From Rhynchobatus australiae (Eukaryota), in assembly GCA_034780895.1 (NCBI GenBank), contig JAUZTB010000017.1, positions 29,833,573 to 29,897,572 of the forward strand: a stretch of 64,000 nt of DNA, given 5' to 3'. Shown one piece after another: positions 49,104 through 62,829 of this stretch. Positions within the stretch are counted from its first letter, which is position 1. Each line of letters begins with the position of its first letter. The position numbers were made by a program, and so were the translations under genes. The notes under the pieces were generated by a model that was not told the origin of the DNA, searched no databases, and saw nothing but the letters and a program-made list of their open reading frames with translations.

Positions 49104-52100
49104 GTGAGTGATTCGGGCAGTTGGTGTCCGCCTGCCGACGGCCTCCGAAAGCCCACTCACATCCGCTGGGTCTTCGCTTTAGAAACCGCTTTGTTTTTTA
49201 TTATTATTTGTTCCTGATCTCGTCCGTTACTCGCTCTTGCATTCGAAAAGGTGGTTGTATAGTTTGTGTCGAGAGGCCCCCTTTGGTCTCGGAAGGGCAC
49301 GTTTGTGTTGCTACTTGATCGCTTGTGTCTTTGCTCACGGGCATCAACAAAATGTATTTATGGAAAAACGTGCTATTATTTGGCGTATTTTAAATGTTAG
49401 TGCTTATTTCTGATTTTACTATTACCGTAAAACTTGAAATTTTATTATCTACGTATTATATAATATTGAGCGCTTACTCAGGTAGTATTACGTAGGTAAA
49501 AGAGGAGTTTTCATCTTTAAGAATTTATAAACATTTACCAATGTCAGTATCATTTTCAATTGATTTTTAGTGATTTTTTTAAAAATATAATTCTTAATAT
49601 AACTGATGGAAGAAGTTAAAATGAGCTGTCTTGTCTTAAATTTCAATTATATTTCCATTGATAATTTTTTATTGTCCAATACTTTGAATATTATTTAAAA
49701 GTAAAGTAGAGGGGACTGTTTTTTAAATATGGAGAGCTGCCTTTCTTGTCTGTTTGATGTCACTAAAGAATGTGTACAATTCCATAAGATTATTTAACAC
49801 TTAAATTGAATCTTACCAGTGAGTTTATGAAATCCTGCCAATTTCTTTAGGTGAAGTTGAGTAATAAGTATTATTATTTTGTTCATGGTAATTTTCATTG
49901 AGTTTAGATTATTGAACAATGTCCAATTAAAACATTCCAAAAGTAGATTTTTGCAGAGAGAGGTGTCATCTTTCTCTTTCTGCTGATACTGCTTGACCTG
50001 CTGAGTGTTTCTAGCAATTTGTTTTTATTTCAGATGTACAGAGGTGCAGTTTTTTAAAATTTGTTTTCATACAGATAGATTTTGGTTTAATGCTAATCAT
50101 GCGTGATTGTTCCAAAGAATTTTTTTTGCATTTCATTTATGGGGGTTTCTGTCTCCAAAGGATTTTGAGAGCAAAGAAATCTTGTTGATTAGTTAGAAAC
50201 TAAATGGAAAAAATCCAACTCCAAGTTGACTACAAGGTACTGTATTCATGTAATTTTGTTTGCAAGTCATTTAGTGTTTCCTAGTTAATGAGAGCAACTA
50301 TTCATCAGAACTCGTAGGTTGTGAATTGTGTTGGGACATTCTGTGGGTGAGGAAAGTGTTAGGTAAATACAATCTTTTATTTCTATTTTTCATTGTATCC
50401 AGAACTATCAGATCCTGTTTTCTGGCTAGACACCTGTGAATTTCAGATTCTTAACAAGAAATAGGCTGAAAGGATATTGATATCAGTTTCCTATGCAACT
50501 AGTTTTTATGGTGATCTCAGAAGCCAGGGCTTCACTAGGAGTTGCCCAACAAAACTATCCTTTTAATCAGAAAGTTTGGCACTTCACAGCTTTTTATTTC
50601 GAGTAATGTCTTCAATATACAGAACTAATGCTTACAAGTGGACACAATGAATATCAGCACAGAATAATGACTTAATTTTTCAGCCATTATTCAGCCATTT
50701 AACACCAAAATTATATCCACATTGCTTTAACAAGCTCCCACCCTAGTCTGACTGTTCCTCTTATTGCAAAATAGGTGTACTGCATGACTCCCTCATTCAA
50801 TAAAAGTCCAGTATACATCTCCCATCATTAGCAAACATTCACTTAACAAATCCTCATCACAACAAACTATTTTATTTAGTTTAATTTGTGGCTTAACAGT
50901 TTTGTTTCCCACAATGAAGGGTAAGGAACATGTTTGGTAACGTGCCTTTCAAACACAGGCCTGTGGAAACTAGTAATACTTATATCTTTTTTGATCAGGT
51001 TAGTGGGAAAGAGCCTGTGAAATAAACAAGCTATTTAAAATGGGGGTGGGGGGGACTGGGGAACTCTCTTGAGCATCTGCTCTCTTCCATCTGGCAACAA
51101 TGGTGATTAGATGAGTGACTTTTAAGTTTGAGCTTATTAAAACAAGGGTACTTTGGTTTTGATATACTGCATCCTTACTGGGAAGGGATTGACTAGCTTC
51201 TAACTTACTACCATCCGTAGCAACTGGTATCCCAGAATGGTTTACAGTACCTTACATATGTAAATTTTCCACACAACGAAGGGTTTGTTAACCTAGGGAA
51301 GTCTATATGTCTGTATATGCAACATGTTAAGAGGGTATTCAAGAGGCAGACTCAATAAAAGATGCGTATTAGAAATATTTGAGAATAGGGTAAAATAAAA
51401 GGTGAATTACTCTTTCAGAGCATCAGAATATATCCATGGATCAAATATCCTCTTCTTCTGTGCTATGATCTTGCCCTCTCAACTTAAATGATTATTATAA
51501 ACATCAATGGATTCCTGAATGGCTAAATCATTTATTTGTTTGGACAGAGATTCTGAACTGATTTTGAAATGTTATTTAGAAATTTAATGTTGCAGAAAGT
51601 AGTGCAAAGTATTTTTAATAGCAAGTTTAATGAAGTGAATTTTTACAAATGGAACATTGTGACAACAGTATCTGCTAGTATTTCAGGGTAAAAGTTTCTG
51701 ACAAGTTTTTACTTAATCACAGCTTTTCTTCAATGCCTTGTATACCTTATGGTTTTTGCACCACATCTGGTTACTTAGAGATGCACAATGATATAAGGTT
51801 AATTAATTCTATCTGTCCCATCTGTTCATTTCTTCCTGGTTACGCCATAGTGAAATATCCTGATAACTGGTGAAGAGGAATGTCTCCAGTGGAAATCCTC
51901 CATCATTGGGGGACCTTGAATAGAGAGTGTGGGACAAACTACATATGTCTTTCTGAGAGTTTATAGACCGGGCTGTGTGTGTGCATTCTGCAGCTTCGAA
52001 AATAATTTTCATGTTTCTTTATGGCATCAGAAGTCACAGCAACTCACTCAATATTTTATTTGTCAACTAGTGGTTAAATTTAGTTCATCACGTGGTAATC

Positions 52101-52379
52101 TTTGATCTGGACTACCTCTGCTCATGCATTCACAACCTGAGGAATCCATGTAGAGGGTTACACCAATGAGCTTTCCACTCATTTTGCAGCCTATCTGTCC
52201 TGGTCACCCTGAAATGAGATTAGAGTACCCATTGAAACCTCTGAACTTCTTTGCAATTGATAGACATCACAGAACTTAAACCAGATTTTGATGTAGGATT
52301 TTTCTTTTGAGTATCTGTATGTTGTAAAAGTTATAGCATGGGTGACCAGCTACCTAAGGAGAGCAGTTGAAGTGCTAGA

Positions 52380-52490
52380 GAAATAAAGGACTGCAGATGC
52401 TGGAATCTCGATGAAAAACATGATGATGCTGGCAGAACTCAGCAGGCCAGGCAGCATCCAAGGAGAAAAGCAGGTGGTCGATGTTTCAGC
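52380..52490 (-). mobile_element. Truncated Penelope-type terminal repeat
   Basis: ctgcagatgctggaatct...gaactcagcaggccaggcagcatc...gtcgatgtttcag; same family as the copies near 21 kb and 31 kb. Confidence 0.7.
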
Positions 52491-53684
52491 TGCTTTATTT
52501 GTTCTGATGTCATTGGGCTGGGTCAATGAGTGCTTTTCTAACAATTGACTCTGAATACTCCATATACTGGCCTAAATAGCTGATTCCAAAGTTGTCATCA
52601 ACTTGCATCCCACTGCACCTAGGTGCATCTGGTTTACTGAAATACTTTAACAGGAAATGAATATAATTTGATGTTAATATATGATGAGATATAGGATAAT
52701 GTAAACGTTTATTGTGGGAGAGGATTTCCAATAAATAGAACTTGGTCTGGAATTTTCTTCCTGATGTGAGTGAATTTCTAGATTTGAGAGTCCTTCATGT
52801 AAATTATAGGAACTGTATTGCATAATGGATTATCATTGTCTAATCACTGCTAATTTTTTTTATCATTTCTGGCTAGTCCATAAATATTTACTAAACACTT
52901 ATACCAACAATTCTTTCACTAGATGAAGTTGTGGAGTGTATTGTATTTGCCGAAACTTGAACTTCCATGTTTGTCAATATCCCAAGTAATCTGTGTTGTA
53001 TTTTCTAAAATGTTGCAAGAGCACGTGACAGTACGCAGAGTACTTGTGCTGATCTCTTTCACTTCCTTGTAAATGTAGTGCTTTTTATTAACCAGTGTGA
53101 ATTTCCTAAAGAATGAAAGAATTTGAGTGGATTAAATTAGTTGTTTGTGTATTCATTCCCAGAAGCTGAGAATGAATTAATCAGTTTGAGATAGTGAAAT
53201 CATATCTGGAATATGAAGAGTGACCAAGCAGTCTCTACTATGAGGCATCTAGAAGGTTTTGTTTTAAATGAAAGCTCAAGGAAAATATTCAACTTCCTGA
53301 AGAGGTGCTGACACACTTACAAATTAGAACGTTTTTATTAGAATAATATTCTTATGCAGAGGATGGCAAATTTATGAGAGGCAATGGACACAAATGGAAT
53401 TGAGGGAGAATTTTATAGGTATTAAGAGAGTGGATGGTGATTTTAGTCTTTGAGACCAGCCATGTGTGTGGCACAGTATTTTTTGTTCTTGTGCAATGCA
53501 CTGTTTATTCAAGACATTTTGTTTCATTTATTTTGTCTTTAATTTCAGTTTGTGGCTGCTTTTGTAAGTTCATCCCTAACTTTGTGCTTCCTAAATAATT
53601 CTAGTTGAAACAGACCAGAAAAAATTGCTTCCTTAGGTTGCAGATGTACTACCTCTCTATGTAAATGCAATGACTTCTTGAGTA

Positions 53685-53950
53685 GCAGCACAAAAACAGG
53701 CCTTTTGGCCCAACCTGTCCATGCTGACCAAGTTGTCTATTTGGGCTAGGCTTATTTTGCTGTGTTTGGCCCATGTCCCTCTAAATCTTTCCTATCCATG
53801 TACCTGTCTAAATGCATTATAAATGTTATAATTATACCTGCCTCTACCACTTCCTCTGGCAGCTTGTTCCATATGCCCACCACTGTGGTTTTGCCCCTTG
53901 GATCCCTTTTAAATCTTTCCCCTGTCACCTTGAATCTATACTCTCTAGGA
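53685..53950 (-). mobile_element. CR1 3' end
   Basis: ORF 53752-53994(-) FKVTGERFKRDPRG...VVGIWNKLPEEVVEAG...HLDRYMD. Confidence 0.88.
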
Positions 53951-56900
53951 TGCAAAGTGAAGAGAGAAATGAAGTTTGATCTCAGGGAGGCCATGCTTTT
54001 CTCATTTACATACCCTTGCAGTCTGTTGTAGCAGGTGGGCAGAGGAAAAGATTCTCAATACTCTCAAAGCCTCTTGGTAGGATGCATGGGATTGGGGAGA
54101 GTATTACATCCCCATGAATGCATGAGAATCTCTACATCTTGACCACTCAAACTGGAGGAGAAGCATTAAAGAAGTAATAAAGAACCTTGAGTCCATACAT
54201 CAAGAATCCAAGGAAAGAACTGCACCTCCTCCCAAACTACCTGCCTGTCCCACCAACACCTCCTGGCTCATCTGTTCACTTTTTACCAAAGAACTGGAAT
54301 GGAAGTAAATAATTCTCAACCCCAAGGGATTTCTTAAGAAGAGAAGAAGAATGGAAAATTTGCAAATGTGGTGTAACAATTATTGTGGCAGTTTTAGTAA
54401 TTTTTCTTTCTATGGAATGTAAAATAAGTTTATGGTTAAATGTCAGTTTGAAATGGGTCATGATCTCTCTAGTATTCACAATGGATACACAGGTCTTTCT
54501 GGGAAATCATCTCAAACAGTTTAGAAATTTACTGCATTCTTATTAATATAATTGGGGGGAGCAAATACTACTGCCCATTTTTTTAATGAACTTGTTATGC
54601 AATATAGAGCCAAAACAACCATCAGCAAATATTTCATGGTGTTTGCTCATTGCTTGTTTATATGGTGGGGTGGGATGCAATTGATTTTTAACACTTCTGT
54701 TTTGGGTTTTTGCACCATTATGGTGTGATATATACTTTTATTGAAGCATAAGGGAAGGGTACAACAATTACTCTCCCCAAGAGAAAGCAGACTCTAATCA
54801 CGTCACTGGTGACTAAAGCAGGCATTTTTTGTTTTAGGCCACACATTCCTGCTAAAATTAATTTGTGAAAATTGCAATAGATGTATGTTTGCTGATTAAT
54901 TTAAAAACTAAATCTTTCTTGTTGGTTTGCTTCACTACCTTCTACATACATTGAATCTTTATATCATGGGTCCACAGATGCAAATTTCCATTAATTGGCT
55001 ATTATTCAAGTGTGAGCATTGAGAGTTGGCATTAGCAGGAGGCACCCCAGCAAAGTCTGATACTGTGTTCACCAGATGTCTACAAGGGCAGCCCCAATCT
55101 GGAAGGCAAATAAGAGTAAGAACTTTCCTGGCACTGAGCTCAATTGTTGCCCTTGTCCAGCTGAGATCAAGCTAATTCGGTACAGACTGGCGATAACACC
55201 TGGGACTTCCTAGTATGGTTCATTTAATGCGAGTAAATATTTTGATTAAAATGGAATGATATGCATTTGTTCTTTGTGTCAAAAATGAAGTGGTTTTGAC
55301 TAATCTTAGATTTTAGTTGTTGTATAACGGTCAGAAAGAAAACAAACAAAGTTATGAATAGATCATCCAGTTTTGCAACTGCTTAATAAGTTGGCAAAAG
55401 TTAGAAGAAAGGCCAAGCAGCTCTTGAGCAAATGGGTACATTGTGATTTCCTGAACTACAATTAAGGTTAGCAAGCGTTTTTGAATGTAGTTATTTAAAT
55501 CCATATGTGCTATTTTCCATTTTTGCGTATGATTTAATGAGTTGAAGCAGTTCAACAAATTGAGTTGTGTTAGTTCAGCAATTGCCTTTAGAAACAGGTT
55601 GGGCTATTTAGTTACAGTTGAAATGACTTGGAATTTGATTAACTACAGAATAATTTGGTTATTTATTCATTTGACTAAATGGTTAGTGTAAATATTACAT
55701 GGTCAAAGACTGGTTAGGGAGGCTGTTTTGTCTGGCCTCGACAGCTCCAGCAAGATGCTGGTAGCTGGATTAGTAGAGTAATAGTGGAGGATGGCAATCA
55801 GGATGTATACGAGTAACAGCATGCTTAATCTGGGGTAAAGGCTTTTCTGGGGGTTTAAGTAAATACATTTTGTTCCTTTATAGAGGGAAATATTCTGTGT
55901 CTGCCTTCTTGAACCATCTAAAAGTATTGTTGATGTCGATGAGATCATGCTTGTTCTTTTAAATTCCAGGAAATACAAGCCTCAAATACTTGGTTTCTCC
56001 TTGTCTGATGGGCTNNNNNNNNNNNNNNNNNNNNNNNNNNNNNNNNNNNNNNNNNNNNNNNNNNNNNNNNNNNNNNNNNNNNNNNNNNNNNNNNNNNNNN
56101 NNNNNNNNNNNNNNTGCCTGGATCTGGTTTGGTAAATCTTCTCTGCATTCTGTAGCAAATACAGATGACATCCACATTACGGCCATTTGAGGAACAGAAA
56201 TTCGTCCTTACAGAATTTACAAATCACTATCTTAAAATTTGAGATATGGAATAAAATTTGCACTCAGAATTTACATGATTTTAAAAACTAAATAAATACA
56301 ATTGTTTTCAACTGACATTTCCTGAGGGGTGTGCAGATGACATATCACTTAATGAAGGCCAACATGCTGTTTGCCTTCCTACCTGTGTTGTGCCTTCGTT
56401 ACTGCCTGTTGCATCTTCATGTTAGCTTTGATTTGTGTCCAAGAATACCCAGGTACCTTTTAAACATCAGCATTTCTAAAAAAAATACTCGGCTCTTGTG
56501 CTTTTTCTGGTTGGGGGGGGGGGGTTGGTGGGGATTCATATTTTTGCCCAGCAATAATGGAGGAACAATAATTGTATGTGCAAGTCAGGATTGGTACATG
56601 GCTTGAAGATGGTGTTCAGATACACCTACAGCTTTTTGTCATTACTGATGACAGATTTTGCGTATTCAAGTGGCACTGTCAAAGAAGTTGCCTCCCTGCA
56701 GTGAATTATGTGCTGGGAAGAGGGTACAGTTGTGCAGTAGTGGGTGAGTTCTTGATGAAACAGACTACCCTCTCCTGGATCCTATTGAATTTATTGGGTA
56801 CTTGTATAATCAATGAACATCAATCAATGCAAGATGTCTGATGGTTTTTAAAATATCCTATTACACTTAATTGACAACATAATCTATCTCCTTGATCAAC

Positions 56901-58219
56901 TAAATTTTAAGGACTTTGGAAAAGATTAGCAAGGTAGGAGTAGGAGATTAGACATCTGATTATTTAAGTTACTTGTTACCAAAACATTTGTTATCTATTA
57001 TACAAGATATTTGAGACAGACACCTGTTAGTCTAATATCTATTGGAAACTGATAGGATCTATAATTGAGAACTAGCTGAAAATGCTCATTCAAGAGTTAG
57101 TGTGGAGTCATTGATTGTAGATTGTTGGCTATGTACAAGGTTCATGGAATACATGGTTAGGTTGTATAAGGTGAGGAATGGAGAGAATTCTACTGATTGG
57201 AAGGGACTTGTATTGTCCTACAAGGGTCTGTGCATGAGTCTCAATTGTTTACTATACTTCTTTCTATAAAGGCATATAACCAAATCATTATCTTATCTAA
57301 GTTTTCTGATGTGGAAAATTTTCAACTGTGGATTGTTTATTGTGTGGTGTAGATGGGAGCATAAAATTACAACATGACATTGATTAATTACCATTTAATT
57401 ACTAACTAATTCAAATTGGAAGGCCATTGGAAAATATCATTTATTCTATTAATGGGGTCATTGCACAGTTAAATAGCAGTCCTAAATTGTGTGAAGCTGA
57501 GAGAACCTTGGTGCCACGTTTGATTTAGAGATGGGCATTTGCTTATATTTCATCCTTCCCCTCAATTGAAGATGACTTGCTTCCATTCCAGTTCTGAGGT
57601 GCTTGCAGACTCCAACGGCTGGAGCAGAAGATACCTGATGGTGTGCGTTGGGAGGTAGTTGCTCTTTTCACCGTTTGCATTTGCTCCTGACAACTCAATC
57701 TCAAATTCAACAGCTGTGGACCTGGGTTTTCCATGTGATAATGTTCCATTTATTTTCCAGGAAGGCTTTGAGAATCCCATGAATTGTTTTCTTTTTTCAC
57801 CTGATAATCTCATTGTGGGAGACCTCTGACTAGAGTGGTGTTTCAGATATCTGGTGTCAAGCATGCAAGTGATGTGGCCTGCTCATTGAAGCAGGCTGTG
57901 TGTAATTAGGACCTCTGTGCTGGGGATGTTGGATAGGGAGAGGTGCACAATTTGATTTGCTTATCCTGCTAGTGAATTTGGAAGATCTTGGGGAGGTTGC
58001 CTTGGTAGTATCTCTCTGCTTTGAGGTGCCTGCTGCAGAGAGCTCACATCTCAGAAGTATAAGCATGACCTCTGTTACCTGTTAGAGCAGTTCAAACCCA
58101 GATTTTTTTTTCTACATTTTTTTACCTATTGCAATGTTCTTCTGGCTACCCTTGCACCCTTTCCCAACTTCTTGTGTTGTTTTTTCCCCTTCTTCTGCTT
58201 TCCCTCCCCCCCCCAATAC

Positions 58220-58720
58220 CAGCTTCCCATAATGTTGAATTGTCATCTTAAATCTGCTGCTCAAATCTTTAATTTATTCTGTCATATTCGTCCATCATGG
58301 AAGTCCTTGTGGCATTCACTCTGACAATGCTTCAGTTTTGATATCCATGCCTCAGCCTTATTTTCAAGACTAACCATTGTATTTGCTTCACTACCCCATT
58401 TAAACCTAATCATTCCACCTCTCCCTGCCTGCAATCTCTTGGATCCTTCCTCGCTTTCTAGATCTGTGTTCTCAGATCTGGATTTTATTATGCTCCTTTT
58501 GACGGGTCCATGCTTTTAGCTGCCTTGGCACTAAGCTCTGAAATCTTTCCTTCTCTGCCCTGCCATCCACCCTGCCAAACTCCTTTTTGGGATACTTATT
58601 AAAATGGAACTCTCTGATCTAGCATTTGGTCATCTGTTACATCTTTTATGTGCTTCTGTCAAATTTTTGTTTGATATCACTCTTAAGTGTCTTGAAGTTT
58701 ATGATATTAGTGGTGTAAAT
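58220..58720 (+). mobile_element. L2-like LINE 3' remnant
   Basis: ttttagctgccttggcactaagctctgaaat (FS...PKLWN-like) and cttattaaaa..ctctctgatctagcatttggtc (LLKT.LF..AF-like). Confidence 0.5.
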
Positions 58721-59564
58721 TAATTTCCATAAAGCTCATGATACCATTGTGGGGAAGGACAGTTTTGAAATGCTCTCTGCCTTGGAGACCATATTTTTAA
58801 GAAAAGCACTTTTGGCTGTGCATCTTCTGGTGTCAGCCATGCATTTGCTTTCAAAATGTGGATATAATGCATAGACAACGATCAATGGCATATGTTTGTG
58901 GGTGTGTAATAGAATGCCATTCAGTGACGTGACTGGGTAATGCGGGCAAGGCATAGAAGTCGTAGCTGGGTTAGTGAAACTGCTGCTGACAATGAATGGA
59001 TTTGAATTCACATTATTTATTAGTTGTCATTTTACTGTCAAAGCAGAAAGTTTAAATTGTTTTCCTGAAAATGTACCTGTTGTTTGCCAAACAATGTTAA
59101 TAATCAGGGGAAAAAACCTTCCCCACAAGAAATAAAAACAAATTTTGAGCCCTAATGATAATTGGTTTTGACAAATTGTTTCCTGTTTACGAAGGTATGT
59201 TTTTTAAGTTAGTGTACAATAGTAAAATTATTGTTGTATACAAGAGGAATAAACATTCCCAGAGAATATTATGTACTGTTGCTTTAAGGGAAGTTGTGGT
59301 AGTTCTTGTTAGAATATCCATTTTTTTGGAGCTATTTCCCAATAAGAGCAAAAACAATTCACATTAACAAAAGCAAATATTTTATTGATCAGAAGGGGAT
59401 AGTACTAGTAAATGAATCAACCAGAGAAATGCAGGAAAAATGAGATTGAAGTATGGAATAACAATATCATAGAGAGGATTTAATAACTTAATTGTTTTTC
59501 CCCCATAATTGAATTTTAGTCTTTAAAGAAATAATCATTAAGTATAACCTGCTTAACCACAACC

Positions 59565-59930
59565 ATAGAATTACTATGGCATGGAAGGAGATCACTCAGC
59601 ACCAAATCCATGCTGGTTCTCTGTCGAACTATTTAGCTCTATCCCATTTCCACTCTCGTACCTCCACAACCTTGCAAATTATTTTCCTTGGTCTCTATTC
59701 AATTCTTTTCTAAAGAAACTTGTTATAATTCTGATTTTGTTTTCGCCACCATTGTGGACAGTGGATTTCAAAGCATTATCACTGCATTTAAAAACAAAAT
59801 TTCTCCTTTCTTCATTGCCTGTTCCCCTTCTCTTTGAATCTGTATCCAGTGGTACTTGAACCATGTATTAGCCATCAGTTTCTATTTGTCCAATCTAAAC
59901 CCATAATGATCTTGCATAATATCCATAATA
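59565..59930 (-). mobile_element. Degenerate CR1 3' end
   Basis: catagaattactatggcatggaaggagatcactcagc tail; minus translation GNEERRNF. Confidence 0.55.
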
Positions 59931-60229
59931 TCTTCAGATATCCTCTGAACCACAAGAATCGAAATTGAGCGATTGTACAAACTTTGATTTGAGCATACTC
60001 TTTTTGGAATCTGTGAAAGATGATAGCTAAATTTAATACTGATTTTGGCAAACTTGCTCCATAATAGCTGAGTGCTTTGTGTAAACAGACTCTTTTTGTC
60101 GATGTTGCCCGTGGGGTGTGGTGAGTTGTTTGTTCATGTTTTTGTAAACTTTTGGTAATCTTCAGTGCAATTTATAATTTATTAATTTAATTATTTTCAA
60201 ATTATCTTTAACAACAACAACAACATTTT

Positions 60230-60910
60230 AAGTTGATTTATTATTGTCATGTACTGAGGTACAGTGAAAAACTTGTTTTGCATGCTGTCCATACAGATCA
60301 TTTCATTACAACAGTGCATTGAGGTAGAACAAGGGAAAACAATAACAGAATAAAGTGTTACAGTTATAGAGAAAGGGCAGTGCAGGTAGACAATAAAGTG
60401 CAAGGCCATAATGAAATAGATTGTGAGGTCAAGAGCCTATCTTGTACTGGGGACTGTTCAGTAGTCTTATAACAATGGGATAGAAGCTGTCCTTGAGCCT
60501 GGTGGTACGTGCTTTCAGGCTTTTNNNNNNNNNNNNNNNNNNNNNNNNNNNNNNNNNNNNNNNNNNNNNNNNNNNNNNNNNNNNNNNNNNNNNNNNNNNN
60601 NNNNNNNNNNNNNNNNNNNNNNNNGTGGGATAGAAGCTGTCCTTGAGCCTGGTGGTACGTGCTTTCAGGCTTTTGTATCTTCTGCCCAATGGGAGGTGGG
60701 AGAAGAGAGTGTCTGGGGTGGGTGGGGTCTTTGATTATGTTGCCTGCTTTACTGAGGCAGTGTGAAGTATAGACAGAGGCCATGGGGAGGAGGCTGATTT
60801 CTGTGATGTGCTGAGCTGTGTCCACAATTCTTTGCAGTTTCTTGCGGTCACGGGTAGAACAGTTGCCATATCAAGCTGTGATGCATCCAGATAGGATGCT
60901 TTCTATGTCC
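60230..60910 (-). mobile_element. Rex1/Babar-like LINE 3' end
   Basis: IIKDPTHPRHSLL...GRRYKSLKARTTRLKDSFYP; reverse-complement similar to 41590-42270. Confidence 0.87.
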
Positions 60911-61334
60911 TAAGTTTTTTTTTAAAATTGTGTTATGATCAAGAACCAAGTAACTTGATACAAGCTTAAGTCTTAGAAAATTATTACTATGAAAGCAGTA
61001 AATTTTGGAATTTGTCACAAGCTTTTCTTCACATTAAGGAACAGAATCCTCTACTCAATCCAATTTAATGCTTTTACCCAGGGAGTGGGATTGGTTAATG
61101 AGGTTATTTTTCACAGTCAAAATAATTTAACAAAGCTTATTTATCCCATTGTTCTTGTTCTACTTTTCTGCTTTTAATTGACAAGTTTGGTATATTAGTT
61201 TTGCTACTTTAACAGAATAAATAATATTACTTCTAGCACATAAAATTGGATCTGAGAATAGTAGCTGCAAGCAGTTTTGTTTGATTAATCAGCATGTATT
61301 TAAATAGACTTTTGTGTTGTAGCCCTAATACAGA

Positions 61335-61650
61335 ATAGTAAGGTTGTGAGTTCAAATCCCATTCATGAGTCTTCGGCACAAAATTGAGGTTGACAGTGAT
61401 GAATACTTTGAAGGTGATGACTTTCAGATGAGATGTTAAGTCAGTGCTCTGTCTGCCCTCTCAGATAAATATAAATGATCACATGCTGGTATGGAAAGAA
61501 GTTTTCTCCTGTGTCCTGGATAGTATTTGTCCTTAATGTATTATCTTGTCATAATTTCATTGCTATTTGTGAGAATTTATTTCCTTTACAAATTAGAAAC
61601 CACTGATTTATATTCCAAAATGTTTGGGGACTATCCAGAGACCAGAAATA
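61335..61650 (+). mobile_element. Deu-domain SINE (SacSINE1/AmnSINE1-like)
   Basis: aaggttgtgagttcaaatccca (B-box) ... ctttcagatgagatgttaa ... tgtctgccctctcag ... tgtcctgg. Confidence 0.7.
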
Positions 61651-62829
61651 GTAACACAATTTTTTTTGTGCTTTTACTAATTTTTTTTGTCATTGCAATT
61701 GCAGGTGTGCATTTTAAGAACCCATTGGTTGTTCATGCTTGTATTGGTAATACATTTTAATGGTTATTCTGAATACCTGTGCAGTATTGAAGCATTGTGG
61801 AGCTTTGAGTATAAAAAACATTCTTTCAGTATATATACATGGAGAGTTGGGATTTGTATCACTATAGTCTGCAAACAGTACTGTTGTAATTGTTGAAAAG
61901 AATTGTAATGCCCATTATGTCTGGCATTGTTTCGCACAGTAAATTTGAACATTTCTATTGCCTACAGCAGTGTAAGTCTTAGTCATTAGTTATTTGTTTC
62001 CTTGTGTACTCTTGTACTTTAATATACACGAGGGAGCAGTTTCTTATCAAACACATATTATTTAGATAGTTTAATAAACAGGACAATATTCTGTATATTA
62101 GTAACACCATCAAATATTTAATTGAAATTTCCATTACTTTATTAAGGTCAGAGATATAGTGACGCGTCCTGTATCTGAACGTTTTTCTCTTGAAAACCAA
62201 CACAAGAATCTGCTTTAGGGTGATTGAGAAGTGTTTAACCATAAATTTGTTTTCCACTAGGCATCCTGGAAAAATAAAACTGGGATGAACTGCATAAAAA
62301 CTGTCTTTTTGTTCTCCATGCATGTGAATGTACAGCAGAGAAATGTACATTAGCAATATTGATTGCTACTTGTGAACCTGTGTAGAAAGGAGGCTTGAGT
62401 TACTGTATTTTTTTTTAAAAAAATAAGTTTTGTTTTCACAAGAGGTTTCACCTAATGGGGTTTTTCCTGTTTCAGTTTATCTGACTACTGACCTAATTCA
62501 CTGTTTTATCAAGGTCATGTTTTATTCAATTGCAAGAAAATGGAAATTTAGCAAGAAGCAGAGATCCTGGGTTGAAATGGCATCATGTACTGCACATGCA
62601 AGTGATTTGTCTTTTTCTTTCTACAACAGCACCAGACTGTCTGAAAATAGAAGACTATGGTGAAGCATTATCACAATATTTTTCATTACTTGGATCTTTC
62701 TGGAATTAGTTTTGCTTGTGGCACCATGGGACTTAATTGGGACTTTTCCGACACATTGCCTTCAGGAATATTCAGAATGATGAATTTCTAATTTAGTAAA
62801 CCTACTGAATCCAGCTCAACCTGTAGTAT

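Larger units (their letters stand above)
48390..49180. promoter_or_regulatory. GC/CpG-rich bidirectional promoter region shared by CPEB3 and MARCHF5
   Basis: Abrupt GC- and CpG-rich block between divergently oriented genes; contains ZNF143 and ETS motifs. The head-to-head arrangement is also known in human. Confidence 0.85.

Noticed and set aside
48804-49160. 118-aa minus-strand ORF in the CpG island
   Set aside because: Low-complexity Pro/Ser/Arg translation antisense to MARCHF5 exon 1; expected in GC-rich DNA.
60476-60675. Identical direct repeat of about 49 nt inside the Rex1-like element
   Set aside because: The copies flank an N gap exactly; most likely an unmerged contig overlap.
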